DNA of 64,000 nucleotides from positions 121,706,001-121,770,000 of the forward strand of contig OZ024741.1 in the NCBI GenBank assembly GCA_964016885.1. Direction: 5' to 3'. The position numbers were made by a program, and so were the translations under genes. This document shows positions 1 through 13,146 of this stretch, piece by piece (the stretch's first letter is position 1; every line of letters begins with the position of its first letter). The notes beneath the pieces were generated by a model. The model searched no databases. It worked only from the letters and a program-made list of their open reading frames with translations, and was not told the DNA's origin. Source of the DNA: Eledone cirrhosa. Its lineage: Eukaryota.

Positions 1-214
1 GGTAGCTTATGAATTAAGTAACTACGTTATAAAGATTAAAGTCAACTTCGAGCTCGGAGGCTCATCGGAATGGTGTTTGTTTCGGTGTCCTTAGCGTGAA
101 GCGATTAAAAGTACAAGACTGCTCTCTGGAAATGATGCCAATCCATCACACGGGAAAACCCAACCCCTGCTTTTGCTGATACTCATTTTCACCTGAATAT
201 ACTGAAGCAACAAA

Positions 215-300
215 AAAGGAAGTATTTTGCTCAAGAACACAGCACACAACCCGATACAGGAATTGAACCCGGGACAATTATGATCGCAAGTCAATCACCC
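215..300 (-). mobile_element. tRNA-derived SINE head fragment (family 2)
   Basis: Reverse complement contains the B-box GGGTTCAATTCC and the 'ttcttgagcaa' segment shared with the SINEs at 44262 and 54437. Confidence 0.55.
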
Positions 301-302
301 TT

Positions 303-480
303 ACAACTTTCTTTCTTTACAAATCTAAGTTTAGGCATACTTTGGTCTAGGCAGCTTGGTATATATCTTGTAGATCCAACAGCAATATGTATGAAATTTA
401 AACTGTATTTAGGGTACTGGATCTGTTAACTCCTTATTAAGGGTCCGTAGATATATTCGTTCTCTTGTATTTTTCTGGGT
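303..480 (-). pseudogene. R4/Dong-type RLE retrotransposon C-terminal fragment
   Basis: Manual translation EYIYGPLIRS*QIQYPKYSLNFIHIAVGSTRYIPSCLDQSM matches DIYGPLVRSLQIQYRRYTFSFIPIIIGATGYIPTHLDQSM of ORF 13227-13736. Confidence 0.75.
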
Positions 481-542
481 CGGCTGCTGACGTTTCAAAC
501 TGTGGACCCCATCAAATTTGAAGAGAGTGCTCGAACAATAGA

Positions 543-575
<33 letters not shown>

Positions 576-734
576 CACACACACGTGTGTGTGTGTGCGT
601 GTAAGTGAGTAGAGTAGCGTGTGTGTGTGTTTGTTGTATGTATGAGTGTTGCTGTGTGCGCGCATATGTATGCGTGTGTGTGTATGTCGTACGTATAGGT
701 GTCAATAAGTGATTTTTTTTTTTTTTTTTTTTTT

Positions 735-1041
735 CTGCGCGGGGACATAGAAATAATCGGGCTGGATGCCCGATCGCGCAGTTAAACCACTGGGAGTGGA
801 GAACCCCTAGCCCTTGTCAGGGTATTCTTCTAGGAGAAGGCATCTCAGGAAACTGGGTTAACTCCGATATAAAACCTGCGGCTCAATAGTTACCGATGAT
901 GTTGATCTTTTCTTCTTTTCGGGTTATAGCTACTGTCGCTCAGAGAGTGGGATTGGTTCAGTGCACAGTCTTTCCTCACTTTAAAAATATTCGTCACGCA
1001 CAGGCATTGCACGAGTGCATTAATAATTATTAATAGTGTAC

Positions 1042-1077
<36 letters not shown>

Positions 1078-4000
1078 TATTATTACTTTTTTTTTTTTTT
1101 TTTTCCAATTCAATAATGTTCCAGAACAATGTAAACGAGATAATTGCCAATTTGGGTTCTGGAACAAAATTTGGGTTCTGGCAATAAGGGCAGGGGCCCC
1201 AAGTTATCACAACCTGGGCCCGCCCGTCATCGTGCCATTGTAATAGAGCCAAACAGGGCATTTAGTCTTGGCTGCTGGAACGTACGGACGCTGCTTGACA
1301 GGGATTCTTTGGAGCGTCCTGAACGAAGGACCGCTCTTGTTGCAAAGGAGCTTCGACGTTACGATCTTGACATCGTGGCTTTGTCTGAGACGAGGTTAGC
1401 TGGAGATGGTCATCTTACGGAATTTTGTGGAGAATATACATTCTTCTGGAAAGGAAGAGATGAAGGAACCAGAAGAGAGGCTGGGGTAGGATTTGCTGTT
1501 AAGACTGTACTGGTGAATAAATTAGAAGAATTCCCAGTGGGGATTAGTGAGCGTCTTATGTCCATGAGAGTTCCGCTGGACAAGGGAAGATATGCTACCC
1601 TGGTGAGTGTGTATGCCCCAACTATGAATTCTGTCGATGAAGAAAAACTGTCCTTTTACCATGCCTTGAAAGGTGTTCTAAGAAATATCCCTCAGGCAGA
1701 CAAAGTCATCGTGCTTGGTGACTTTAATGCTAGAGTGGGTAGGGATTTTAACACATGGAATGTAATCGGAAGGCATGGGGTGGGAAAGTGTAACAGCAAT
1801 GGTATGCTCTTGCTGCAGATGTGTGAGGAGCTGGATCTGTGTGTTACCAACACCATGTTCCAACAAAAGAACAAATTCAAGACCACATGGATGCATCCTG
1901 CATCTAAGGAATGGCATCTTTTGGACTACGTCCTAGTCAGGATGCGTGACAGACAGGATGTGCAGTGTGTTCGTGTTCTTCGTGGAGCTGAGTGCTGGAC
2001 GGACCACCGCCTGGTACGCGCAAAAGTGAATCTAATCACCAAACGTAAAATCCGGGCTCCTGGTGTTACCCTGCCCAAAAGATTGAATGCTGCTCGTCTT
2101 AAGGATAAAAATGTGAAGAGGACATTGGAAGAAGAGATGCAGGCTGCAGATCTTGGTGAGGATTGGCCGACCCTTAAAAAGTCGGTTTATGATGTAGGCA
2201 GACGTGTTCTGGGATTGGTGCAGAGAAAACATCAGGACTGGTTTAATGAGAATGATGTGCATATAGAAGACTTGTTGGCTGATAAGAGGCGTGCTCTGTC
2301 ACGCTACTTGACGGCAAAACCACAGGAGAGGAATACGTTGCATGAGGAGCTCAGGGATGTAAAATCACGTGTTAGGCGGAGTCTTTCTCAGATGAAGGAT
2401 CAGTGGTGGAGTGAGAAGGCTGGTGAGATACAAACTGCGTCTGATTGCAATAACACAAAGCTGTTGTACAGTCTTTTGCGTGAGGTTTATGGACCGTCTT
2501 CTTCTCTGGTGACACCGATTCGCAGCAAGGATGGCAAAGAACTTCTTCGTGACTCACAGGGAATTCTACGAAGGGGGCGAGAGCACTTTGATGATCTTTT
2601 GAATCAGCCGTCTGTCGTCAGTGAAGATTTCCTCAATCTCATTCCGGAAAGTCCTGTGAAAGTAGCTCTCGCAGAACCTCCGACACTTGTGGAGGTTGCA
2701 GTGGCTATTTCGAAGCTGAACAGTGGAAGATCTGCAGGTATGGATGGCATACATGCTGAGCTCCTACAATATGGTGGTGAGAGACTCCTGCAACATCTTC
2801 ACTCTCTGTTTGGAAGGATATGGGCTAATGAATCCGTGCCTGAGGACTGGAGAGATGCAGTAATGGTTGTCTTGTACAAGGGAAAGGGTAACAGGAATGA
2901 TTGTGGGAACTACAGAGGTATATCATTGCTTTCTGTCGTGGGGAAAGTTTTATGTAGGGTGCTTCAGGACCGTCTGCTGACACACATTGCAGATTGTGTC
3001 CTTCCTGAAAGTCAATCTGGTTTTCGTGTTGGACGCGGCACTACTGATATGATCTTCTCAGCTAGACAGCTCCAGGAGAAGTGCATTGAGCAGGGCTTGG
3101 ATCTGTATCAGGTTTTTGTCGATCTGACAAAGGCTTTCGATACTGTCAACAGAGATGCATTATGGAAGGTTCTCCAGAAACTTGGTTGCCCTGATAAGTT
3201 CCTTGCTTTAGTTAGGTCTTTCCATGACGACATGAAGGCTTGGGTTAATGTCGGAGGTAACATGTCGGAGCCTATCTCAGTAAAAAATGGAGTGAAACAG
3301 GGGGATATTCCAGCACCGACCCTGTTTGCCATATACTTTGCAATGGTTTTCTGTATTGCATTCAGGAATTGCGAGCATGGTGTTTACATCCGATATCGAA
3401 CCTCAGGCAGCATATTTAACATCAGGCGCTTTGCTGCGAAGACAAAAGTATTTACATCAGTCATAAGAGACCTCTTGTATGCAGATGATTGCGATCTTGT
3501 AGCGCACACAGAGAGTGATATGCAGCACATTTTGAATGTATTTTCTGACGCTTGCACTGCCCTGGGTTTGACTGTCAGTCTCAAGAAAACCGTGGTCATG
3601 TACCAACCTGCCCCTGGTAAGCAGTACACTGAACCAAACATCTATGTGTATGGCAAACGACTTGGAGTGGTTGATCAGTTTGTCTACCTGGGAAGCACTG
3701 TCAATCGATACGGCAACCTTGACAGTGAAATCTCACTTAGGATTAGGAAAGCAAGTGATGCTTTCGGAAAGCTAGAAAGGTGACTCTGGGGTCGGCGAGA
3801 CATATGCAGGAGGACAAAGGTAAAGGTGTACAGGGCATGTGTACTCTCTTGTCTTCTTTATGCCTGCGAGACCTGGGTCACATATCGACGCCACCTTAAG
3901 CAATTGGAGCGTTTCCATCAGATGTGTCTCAGACGGATCCATGGCGTTCACTGGAGGGACCACATCAGTGATGTCGAGATTTTGGAAAGCTCTATGTGTG

Positions 4001-4774
4001 ACAGTATAGAAGCTCTTGTGCTTAAGCAGCGACTCCGTTGGAGTGGTCACCTTGCCAGGATGAAGGATTCTAGAATACCAAAACAACTCTTCTATGGAGA
4101 GTTGGTTAAAGGAAAACGACCGCCACATAAACCAAAAAAGAGTTATAAGGATTCCTTGAAAGCCTCTCTGAAAGACGCTAACATCTCTGCTGATACATGG
4201 GAAAATATTGCTGCTGATCGTAATAAATGGAGAAAGACTGTATATGAGGGAAAAGTTGCCTTTGAGGCATCTCGAATCGCACACGAGAAAGTAAAGCGGG
4301 ACGTGAGGAAGGGCATTGCTGTTGCACTTCCAGACGGCGAGGGTCCTCCTATGGTTCTGACATGCAGCGTCTGTGCGAGACTCTGCCTAAGCAAAGCTGG
4401 ACTCGAAGGTCATCTTCGCAGTCATAAAGTAAGACCAGTGGTTGACTACCAGGCTGCTGTTGGAGATGCTACTCATCATGCTTGCCAAACATGTGGTAGA
4501 GAATGTAAATCAGCAGGAGGACTCAAGCGACATGCAAAAGTACACGAACTCCAACCACAGCCGACTATTCCCAGTGAATGTTTTGGTTGCCGACTCTGTG
4601 CAAGACATTTTAGATCATTGGCTGGGCTAAAAAGCCACATTCGATCGCAGCACTGTTAGTTGCTATCGTGTGTGTGTGTGTGTGTGTAGATATGCTTATG
4701 TGCGTGCGTGTGTGTGTATATATATATATGAATATGTATATTATTATTGTTGTTGTCGTTATTATTATTATTGC

Positions 4775-4835
<61 letters not shown>

Positions 4836-4941
4836 GTTATTAATGTATGTGTGTATATATGTGTGAGTGTATGTGTATGTATGTGTGTGTGTATATATGT
4901 ATGTATGTATATATATGTATGTGTGTGTGTATATATATATG

Positions 4942-4996
<55 letters not shown>

Positions 4997-5018
4997 TTTC
5001 CCTTTTTTTTTTTTTTAA

Positions 5019-5053
<35 letters not shown>

Positions 5054-5153
5054 TTTTTTTTTATTTTTTTTTATTTTTTATTTTATTTTATTTTTATTTT
5101 TATTTTTTTCTTGTGCAATGGCCATACTCGATAACGAGGGGGCAGCCATCATC
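735..5153 (+). mobile_element. Near full-length RTE-clade LINE (APE endonuclease + RT + three C2H2 zinc fingers)
   Basis: 5' UTR ~735-1115, single ORF, microsatellite-expanded 3' UTR, 3' stem-loop CTCG-ATAA-CGAG (5127-5138) and a (TATG)n tail. Confidence 0.93.
1116..4659 (+). pseudogene. RTE ORF (endonuclease-RT-3xC2H2) with two lesions
   Basis: APE motifs WNVRTL, LSETR, GDFNA and TDH; RT motifs QSGFR, DLTKAFD, GVKQG and YADD; three CxxC-x12-HxxxH(-like) fingers. ORFs 1144-3783 and 3826-4659 share a frame and are separated by one TGA at 3781 (TGC in the second copy). A 19-bp tandem duplication at 1149-1186 shifts the ORF out of frame with ATG 1116. Confidence 0.9.
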
Positions 5154-5184
5154 ATGTATGTATGTATGTATGTATGTATGTATG

Positions 5185-5213
<29 letters not shown>

Positions 5214-5215
<2 letters not shown>

Positions 5216-5660
5216 GGAGCTCTTAAGAGTCAATGGCCATCCAAAATCACCGGGAGAGATGAACCCTTAGCTTTTGTCAAGGCAGAATTCTAGGAGAAGG
5301 AAAACTCTGATATAACACCTGCAACCCTGATGGTATCCAATGATGTTGACTTGTTCTTCTTTTTGGTAAATATCATCTTGGTTAAGAGAGTGGGACTGGC
5401 TTTGTGCAGTGCCTTTGCTCACTATAAAAGCTTCACGGCACAGGCATTGCTTTATATCTGGAGATCTCTCTGCACTTGTCGTCACATGGTACCATGGGCC
5501 CAGCACTATGTGTCAATAATTGTCACAGGTGTAGTGTTTGTACCAGAGTTTTCAAGTCGCTGGCTGGACTAAAAAGTCACACTCGTTCAGCGCATCGGTA
5601 AGGGTTCTCCAACATGTATATAAAGTAGTGGCCGTACTCGAAAACGAGTTGGCAGCCACC
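5214..5660 (+). mobile_element. Non-autonomous RTE derivative (family B), 5'-truncated
   Basis: Near-identical to 12645-13080; RTE-like 5' UTR, last zinc-finger remnant and CTCG-AAAA-CGAG 3' hairpin; flanked by (TATG)n on both sides. Confidence 0.85.
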
Positions 5661-5740
5661 ATGTATGTATGTATGTATGTATGTATGTATGTATGTATGT
5701 ATGTATGTATGTATGTATGTATGTATGTATGTATGTATGT

Positions 5741-6017
5741 GAAGGGAGTGAAGGACCCCTAACCTTTGTCAGGGCATTCTTCTAGGAGAAGGCAACTCAG
5801 GAAACTGGGATAACTCCGATATAAAACCTGCGGCTCAGTAGTTACCGATAATGATGATCTTTTCTTTCTTTCGGGCTATAGCTACTGTCGGTCAGAGAGT
5901 GGGATTGGCTCTATGTACAGTCTTTCCTCACTTTAAAAAATATCTTCATGCATTGATAATTATTAATAATGGTATATTGTGCAATGGCCATACTCGATAA
6001 CGAAGGGGGCAGCCATC
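5741..6017 (+). mobile_element. Non-autonomous bipartite RTE derivative (family A)
   Basis: 5741-5975 matches the RTE 5' UTR (~792-1040) and is fused directly to the RTE 3' terminus 'ttgtgcaatggccatactcgataacg..gcagccatc'. Confidence 0.85.
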
Positions 6018-6028
6018 ATGTATGTATG

Positions 6029-8600
6029 TTCTTCTGGTTTTATAATTTCACAAATTTTTTCAGAATAGAGAGAGTCGGTTTCTAACATAGACACAAGACT
6101 CTCTCATTGGAATTTACACATCAACTAGGTAAATTATGTATGCATGTCTGCATGTGTAGATATGGATGTTATTGTATGTGTGGATGTGTATGTTTTGAGT
6201 TGTATGTGTGCATGTGTATATGCTTTGTATCTGTACATATGTATATGCAGTTATTAGATGCATAATTTTTGGAATGTTTTACATATTTTTACTGTTCCAT
6301 TAATGGATTGTACTTGTAATTTCCTAACTAGTTGTGTTCTTTCTGTTCCTGTGTAGCCTAGCTTCTCAAGATTTGTATTGAGGCAGTTACTAACATATCC
6401 CAGTGCCCCAATAATCACAGGCATAAATCTGAAGGTGTAATCAGGGTGGAGTATCTGCAGATTTCTCATCAGTTCTGCATAAATATTCTCCTTTTCGCTA
6501 ATCTTTGATATTATATTGGCATCTGCTGCGCAGCTAATTTCCACTACTGTGCATGCTTTCTTCTCCCTGTCCCATATCATAATATCTGGTCTGTTAGGCC
6601 TGCATTTTATTGGGGTTTTTACTGGAACATTCCACCAGTACTCTTTCATATTATGTACATGGATGTCTTCCACATTGCTGTAGCATTTAATGTGTCTATT
6701 ATCGGGGCTATCTTTTTTACGGATTGCATTGTACAGTGTTTTGGCCACTACATCATGCCTCATAGGTAGATAGTACCACGATGACATCTTTGGACAGCTG
6801 CTTATGACATGGGTGACATCTTCGATGTTAGTTCTGCAGAGTCTGCACTTGTTATCACATCTAGGTGTTTTTCCTGCATCCCTATCTTTTTTGTGAATCA
6901 GGTATTTCGTGTTAATTTCCTGTTCTTGGATTGCAAAAGCGTATCCTTCAAAGTGGGAGCCAATATAGCGGTTGTTGGTCCAAGATAGACTACTTTCCTT
7001 ATCTATATTACTCTCTATCTGGAGCTTCCTGGCAACATATCCTTGCATGATATTTTGCTGATAAGCATGCAGTTTTTCATCCATGGATTCACTGCGATAC
7101 TGCTGAGCGACTTCCCTGGGTGTGAGTTTTTGATTATCACACAGGGAATATCTCTCGAGAAGTTCCTTCCCAACTCTCGTGATCTTATCTGTTTCATGCA
7201 TATAGACTTGCCCGAGAGACGAGCCCCTACGCTTCGAGGTTCGTAGATGTTGTCGGAGGGATATGATGCGACATTCAAATGCTGTCTGGACTGATGTTAG
7301 GCCTCTGCCTCCCTGCTTACGTTTCAAGTAAAGGCGGTCTATGTCACTGTTGATGTGGAAGTTTCCGGTGTTGTTTAGTATATTTCGAGTTCCAACATCA
7401 GCTGCTCGGATTTCATCTATCGTCCAATTGAGTATTCCAAACGCTGGTGTTAGGCAGGCACAACAAATACATTGTGAGCCACTGTTTTGTTTTGCGCAGA
7501 GAGTTCCGATGACCAAATCTTTCTTAATCGGGTGTAGTATTCCCTGGTTACGCGTTCTTTATTACAGATACCATTATAGGATATGTTCTCATCTATCCCC
7601 AGGTATCTGTAGCAGTCCTCATCAGATATCGATGAAACAGTTAGGCCATTGATGACAATGTTGCTAGACTGGGTTGTTGTTTTTCCCCGCTTTACAATCA
7701 TGTATGAGCATTTATCTTGGCCAAACTCCATTGCTATATCCTTTGAGAATGTTGTAACCAGGTCAAGATTTTTCTTCATCCCATCCATGTTCTTGGCATA
7801 GAGTTTCAGATCATCCACAAAGAAATTATGAGTTAGGTTCGTATTCCTGACCTCCTGTGAGCCAATGATGTATCCTTCACATTTCTTGAGCAGAAAGGAC
7901 AAGGGGTTTAATGACAGGATGAATAATATCACAGAGAGACTGTCTCCCTGAAATATACTCCTGCGATATTTTATTTTATCAGTGAAAATAGAGTCCTCCC
8001 TCTCTGTCTTTAACCTTAGGATAGTAGCCCAAGAAGAAGACAGCTTCTCTATGGCTCTGATAATAATGTCTGGGACTTTAGCAAGTTAGAGGGCCTCTAT
8101 CATCCAAGAGTGGGGAACAGAATTGAAAGCTTTCCTGTAGTCCAGCCAGACTGTAGCCATATTCCTCCTAAGTTGTCGCACCTCCGACATTGCAGTTTTG
8201 TTGATTAGGAGTTGTTCAGCACATCCCCAAACCCATTTCTTTCCAGTTGCTTGTTCATCTGTGATGATGTTATTATTTTTCATAGTGATCTTGGAGGAAT
8301 AGGTTCAGGCAGGCTGTATACATCTTATACATCGGGTTCTGGCATGCAATGGATCGGTAGTTTTTTGCCAAGTGGGTGTCTTTGTTCTTGGGGACCAGTA
8401 ATGTTTGTGCTAATGTCAACCATTCTGGTATAAGTGTATCTCTCTTAAGAACTTGTTGGTAGAGGTCAGTAAGATACCTCCGATAGAATATCAGTTTTTT
8501 GTACCAGTAGCCGACAATCATGTCTCTTCCTGGCGTTTCCTATCACAGTCTCAAGGGTACCATCACTTATTTCGTATGTTTTTGTTGTAGTGTAGGAGCA
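6029..8600 (-). mobile_element. R4/Dong-type RLE non-LTR retrotransposon (family A), 5'-truncated and degenerate
   Basis: RT motifs WLDYRKAF and FFVDDLKLY, RLYLKRKQGGRGL, CCHC finger CRLC..HVISSC, RHD and RPD..VEISC nuclease motifs. Stops and frameshifts present; (TATG)n on both sides. Confidence 0.9.
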
Positions 8601-8620
8601 ATATGTATGTATGTATGTAT

Positions 8621-8682
8621 GTTTATCTCTTTCTCTTAATTTCGAGTACATTTTTTTTGACCGGCCACCTTCCTGGTGGCAA
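8621..8682 (-). mobile_element. ~60-bp 3'-end-only insertion of Dong family B
   Basis: Matches 13147-13204 (..gaccggccaccttcctggtggcaag); embedded in (TATG)n. Confidence 0.75.
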
Positions 8683-8758
8683 GTATGTATGTATGTATGT
8701 ATGTATGTATGTATGTATGTATGTATGTATGTATGTATGTATGTATGTATGTATGTAT

Positions 8759-10345
8759 TTTCTTCTGGTTTTATAATTTCACAATTTTTTGCCAATAGAG
8801 AGTCGGTTTCTAACATAGATACAAGACTCTCATTGGAATTTACACAACATCAACTAGGTAAATATGTCTGCATGTCTGCATGCATGTGTGCGCATGTATG
8901 GATGTTATATTGTATGTGTGGATGCGTATGTTTTGATTTGTATGTGTGCATATGCATATGCTTCGTATCTGTACAAGTGTATATGCAGTTATTAAATGCA
9001 TAATTTTTGGAATGTTTTACATATTTTTACTGTTCCATTATTGGATTGTACTTGTAATTTCCTAACTAGTTGTGTTCTTTCTGTTTCTGTGGAGCCTAGC
9101 TTCTCAAGATTTGTGTTGAAGCAGTTATCCTAGTGTCCCAATAATCACAGGCACAAATGTGAAGGTATAATCAGGGTGGTGTATTGTTAGATTTCTCATT
9201 AGATCTCCTTTTCGCTAATCTTTGATATTATATTGGCATCTTCTGGGCAGCTAACTTCCACTACTGTGTATGCCTTCCTTTCCTTGTCTCATATTATTAT
9301 ATCTGGTCTGTTATGCCTGTATTTTATTGGGTTTTTTACCGGGACATTCCACCAGTACTCTTTCATATTATCTATATGTGTGTATTCCACATTGTTGTAG
9401 CTTTTAATGTGTTTATTATCGGGGAGATTGCATTGTGCTGTGTTTTGGCTATTAAACCATGCCTCACAGGTGGATAGTATCGCTATGACATCTTTGGACA
9501 GCTGCTTATGACATGGGTGACATCTTCGATGTTAATTCTGCAGAGTCTGCATTTGTTGTCAGATCTAGGTGTTTTTCCTGCATCCCTATCTCTTTTGTGA
9601 ATCAGGTATTTCGTGTTAATTTCCTGTTCTTGGATTGCAAAAGCGTATCCTTCAAAGTGGGAGCCAATATAGCGGCTGTTGGTCCAAGATAGACTACTTT
9701 CCTTATCTATATTACTCTCACTCTGCAGCTTCCTGGCAACATATCCATGAATGATTTTTTGCTGATAAGCATGCAGTTTTTCATCCATGGATTCACTGCG
9801 ATACTGCTGAGCGACTTCCCTGGGTGTGAGTATTTGATTATCACACGGAATATCTCTCAAGGAGTTCCTTCCCAACTCTCATGGTGTTATCTGTTTCATG
9901 CAGATAGACTTGCTCGAGAGACGAGCTCCTACGCTTCGAGGTTCGTAGATGTTATCGGAGGGATATGATGCGACATTCAAATGCTGTCTGGACTGATGTT
10001 AGGCCACTGCCTCCCTGCTTACGTTTCAAGTAAAGGCGGTCTATGTCACTGTTGATGTGGAAGTTTCCGGTGTTGTTTAGTATTTTTCGAGTTCCAACAT
10101 CAGCTGCTCGGATTTCATCTATCGTCCAATTGAGTATTCCAAACGTTGGTGTTAGGACAGACACAGCAAATATATTATGAGCCAGTGTTTTGTTTTGTGC
10201 AGAGAGTTCCGATGACCAAATCTTTCTTAATCGGGTTACGCGTTCCTTATTACAGATACCATTATAGGATATGTTCTCATCTATCCCCAGGTATCTGTAG
10301 CAGTCCTCGTTGAAATACTTAGGCCATTAATGAAAATATGGTTCG
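8759..10345 (-). mobile_element. R4/Dong-type element family A, second copy, 5'-truncated
   Basis: Colinear with 6029-7660 including the same 3' end; ORF fragments 9483-9875 and 9952-10164. Confidence 0.9.
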
Positions 10346-10429
10346 TATGTATGTATGTATGTATGTATGTATGTATGTATGTATGTATGTATGTATGTAT
10401 GTATGTATGTATGTATGTATGTATGTATG

Positions 10430-12366
10430 TGGAAACAATAGGGGTATATCATTACTTTCTGTCGTAGGAAAACTTTATGTAGGGTGCTTCTGGACCGTCT
10501 GCTGACACATATTGCAGATTGTGTTCTCCCTGAAAGTCAATCTAGTTTTCGTGCTTGACACGGCACTACTGATATGATCTCAGCTAAACACCTCCAGGAG
10601 AAGTGCATGGAACAAGGTTTCGATCTGTATCAGGTTTTTGTCAATCTGACAAAAGCTTTCGATACTGTTAACAGAAATGCATTGTGGAAGGTTCTCCAGA
10701 AACTTGGTTGCCCTGATAAGTTCTTTGATTTGGTTAGGTCTTACCATGACGACATGAAGGCTTGGGTTAATGTCAGAGCTAATATGTCGGAGCCTATATA
10801 AGTGAAAGATGGAATGAAACAAGGGGGAGGGGGGTATTCCAGCACCGACCCTGTTTGCCATATACTTTGCAATGGTTTTCTATATTGCATTCTGGAATTG
10901 GAAGCATAGTGTTTACATCTACTATCAAACCTCTGGCAGCATATTTAACATCAGGCGCTTTGCTGCAAAAAACAAAAGTATTTACATCAATCAAAAGAGA
11001 CCTTGTATGCAGATGATTGTGATCTTGTAGCGCACACAGATTGATATGCAGTACATTTTGAATGCATTTTCTGATGTTTTCACTGCCCTAGGATTGACTG
11101 TTAGTCTCAAGAAAACCGTCGGCATGTACCAACCTGCCCCTAGTAAGCAGTACAGTGAACCAAATATCTATGTGTATGGTAAACGACTTGGAGTGGTTGA
11201 TCAGTTTGTCTACCTGGGATGCACTGTCAATCGATACAGCAATCTTGATAATGAAATTCCACTCAGGATTAGGAAAGCAAGTGATGCTTTCGGAAAACTA
11301 GAAAGGTGCCTCTGGGGTCGGCGAGACATATGTGAGAAGACAAAAGTAAAGGTGTACAAGGCATGTGTGCTCTCTTCTCTTCATTATGCCTGCAAGACCT
11401 TGGTCACAGATCGACACCGCCTTAAACAATTGGAGCGTTTCCATCACATGTGTCTCAGACGGATCCATGGCGTTCGGTGGAGGGACCACATCAATGATGT
11501 CGAGATTTTGGAAAGCTTTCGGTGTGAAAGTAGAGAAGCTCTTGTGCTTAAGCAAAGACTCCGATGGAGTGGTCACCTTGCCAGGATGAAAGATTCTAGA
11601 ATAGCGAAACAACTCTTTTATGGAGGGTTAGTTAAAGGATAACGACCTTCGCATAAACCAAAAAAGAAGTATAAGGATTCCTTGAAAGCCTCTTTGAAAG
11701 ACGCTAACATCTCTGCTGATGCATGGGAAAGCGTAGCTGCCGATCAGAATAAACGGAGAAAGACTGTACATGAGACGAAAGTTACTTTTGAAGCATCTCG
11801 AATCGCATACGAGAAAGTAAAGCGGGATGTGAGGAAAGGCATTACTGTTGTGTTTCCTGACAGCGAAGGTCCTCCTATGGCGCTGATATGCAGCGTCTGT
11901 GCGAGACTCTGCCCCAGCAAAGCTGGACTCGAAAGTCATCTTCGCTGTCATAAAGTGAGACCAGTGGTTGACTACCAGGCTGCTGTCGAAGACGCTGCTA
12001 ATCATACCTGTCAAGCATTTGGAAGAGAGAGTAGATCAGCAGGAGGGCTCAAATAACATGCAAAAGTACATGAAATCCAACCACAGCCGGCTGTTGCCAG
12101 TGAGTGTTTTGGTTGCCAACTCTGTGCAAGACATTTTAGATCATTGGCTGGGCTAAAAAGCTAGATTCGATCGCAGCACCGTTAATTGTTAATATATGTG
12201 TGTATATGTATGTGTGTGGGTATGTATGTGTGTGTATGTATATGTATGTATATATGTGTGTGTGAGTATATATGTATACATATATGTGTGTGTGTATATA
12301 TATGCATGTGTGTGTGTATGTGTGTATATGTATGTGTATATATGTATATGTATGTGTGTATATATG

Positions 12367-12398
<32 letters not shown>

Positions 12399-12462
12399 CT
12401 ATTATCATTATTTATTTATTTTTTCGTGCAATGGCCATACTCGATAACGAGGGGGTAGCCAT
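10430..12462 (+). mobile_element. RTE LINE second copy, 5'-truncated and degenerate
   Basis: Colinear with ~2905-5153; same zinc-finger region and 3' hairpin; (TATG)n on both sides. Confidence 0.92.
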
Positions 12463-12495
12463 CATGCATGTATGTATGTATGTATGTATGTATGT

Positions 12496-13080
12496 TGGTG
12501 CTACTGGTAACATGTATCCCAGTACAACCTGTCTCATGGTCGGGACGTTGGCGACTAAACTGGCAACCCCACCAAGGTTTCTTGGTGAGGAGGGTGACTT
12601 TGAACATCCTGCAGGACTAAAAACAAAACCTGTCAAAGGGCAAAGGAGCTCTTAAGAGTCAATGGCCATCCAAAATCACTGGGGAGAGATGACCCCTTAG
12701 CCTTTGTCAAGGCAGAATTCTAGGAGAAGGAATAACACCTGCAACCCTGATGGTATCCAATGATGTTGACTTGTTCTTCTTTTTGGTAAATATCATCTTG
12801 GTTAAGAGAGTGGGACTGGCTTTGTGCAGTGCCTTTGCTCACTACAAAAGCTTCACGGCACAGGCATTGCTTTATATCTGGAGATCTCTCTGCACTTGTC
12901 GTCACATGGTACCATGGGCCCAGCACTATGTGTCAATAATTGTCACAGGTGTAGTGTTTGTACCAGAATTTTCAAGTCGCTGGCTGGACTAAAAAGTCAC
13001 ACTCGTTCAGCGCATCGGTAGGGGTTCTCCTACATGGATATAAAGTAGTGGCCGTACTCGAAAACGAGTTGGCAGCCATC
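12496..13080 (+). mobile_element. Non-autonomous RTE derivative (family B), apparently full length (~585 bp)
   Basis: RTE-type 5' region, retained finger CSVCTRIFKSLAGLKSHTRSAH (ORF 12824-13021), 3' hairpin and (TATG)n flanks. Confidence 0.85.
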
Positions 13081-13146
13081 ATGTATGTATGTATGTATGT
13101 ATGTATGTATGTATGTATGTATGTATGTATGTATGTATGTATGTAT

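Noticed and set aside
3781-3783. Programmed read-through or Sec at the RTE in-frame TGA
   Set aside because: The second copy has TGC there; a point mutation is the simpler explanation.
4668-5226. ORFs rich in YI/CV/MYVC repeats here and throughout the window
   Set aside because: Translations of (TA)n, (TG)n, (TATG)n and (ATT)n microsatellites.
12496-12650. HDV-like ribozyme at the RTE 5' end
   Set aside because: Hairpins are present, but I could not fit the nested double pseudoknot by eye.
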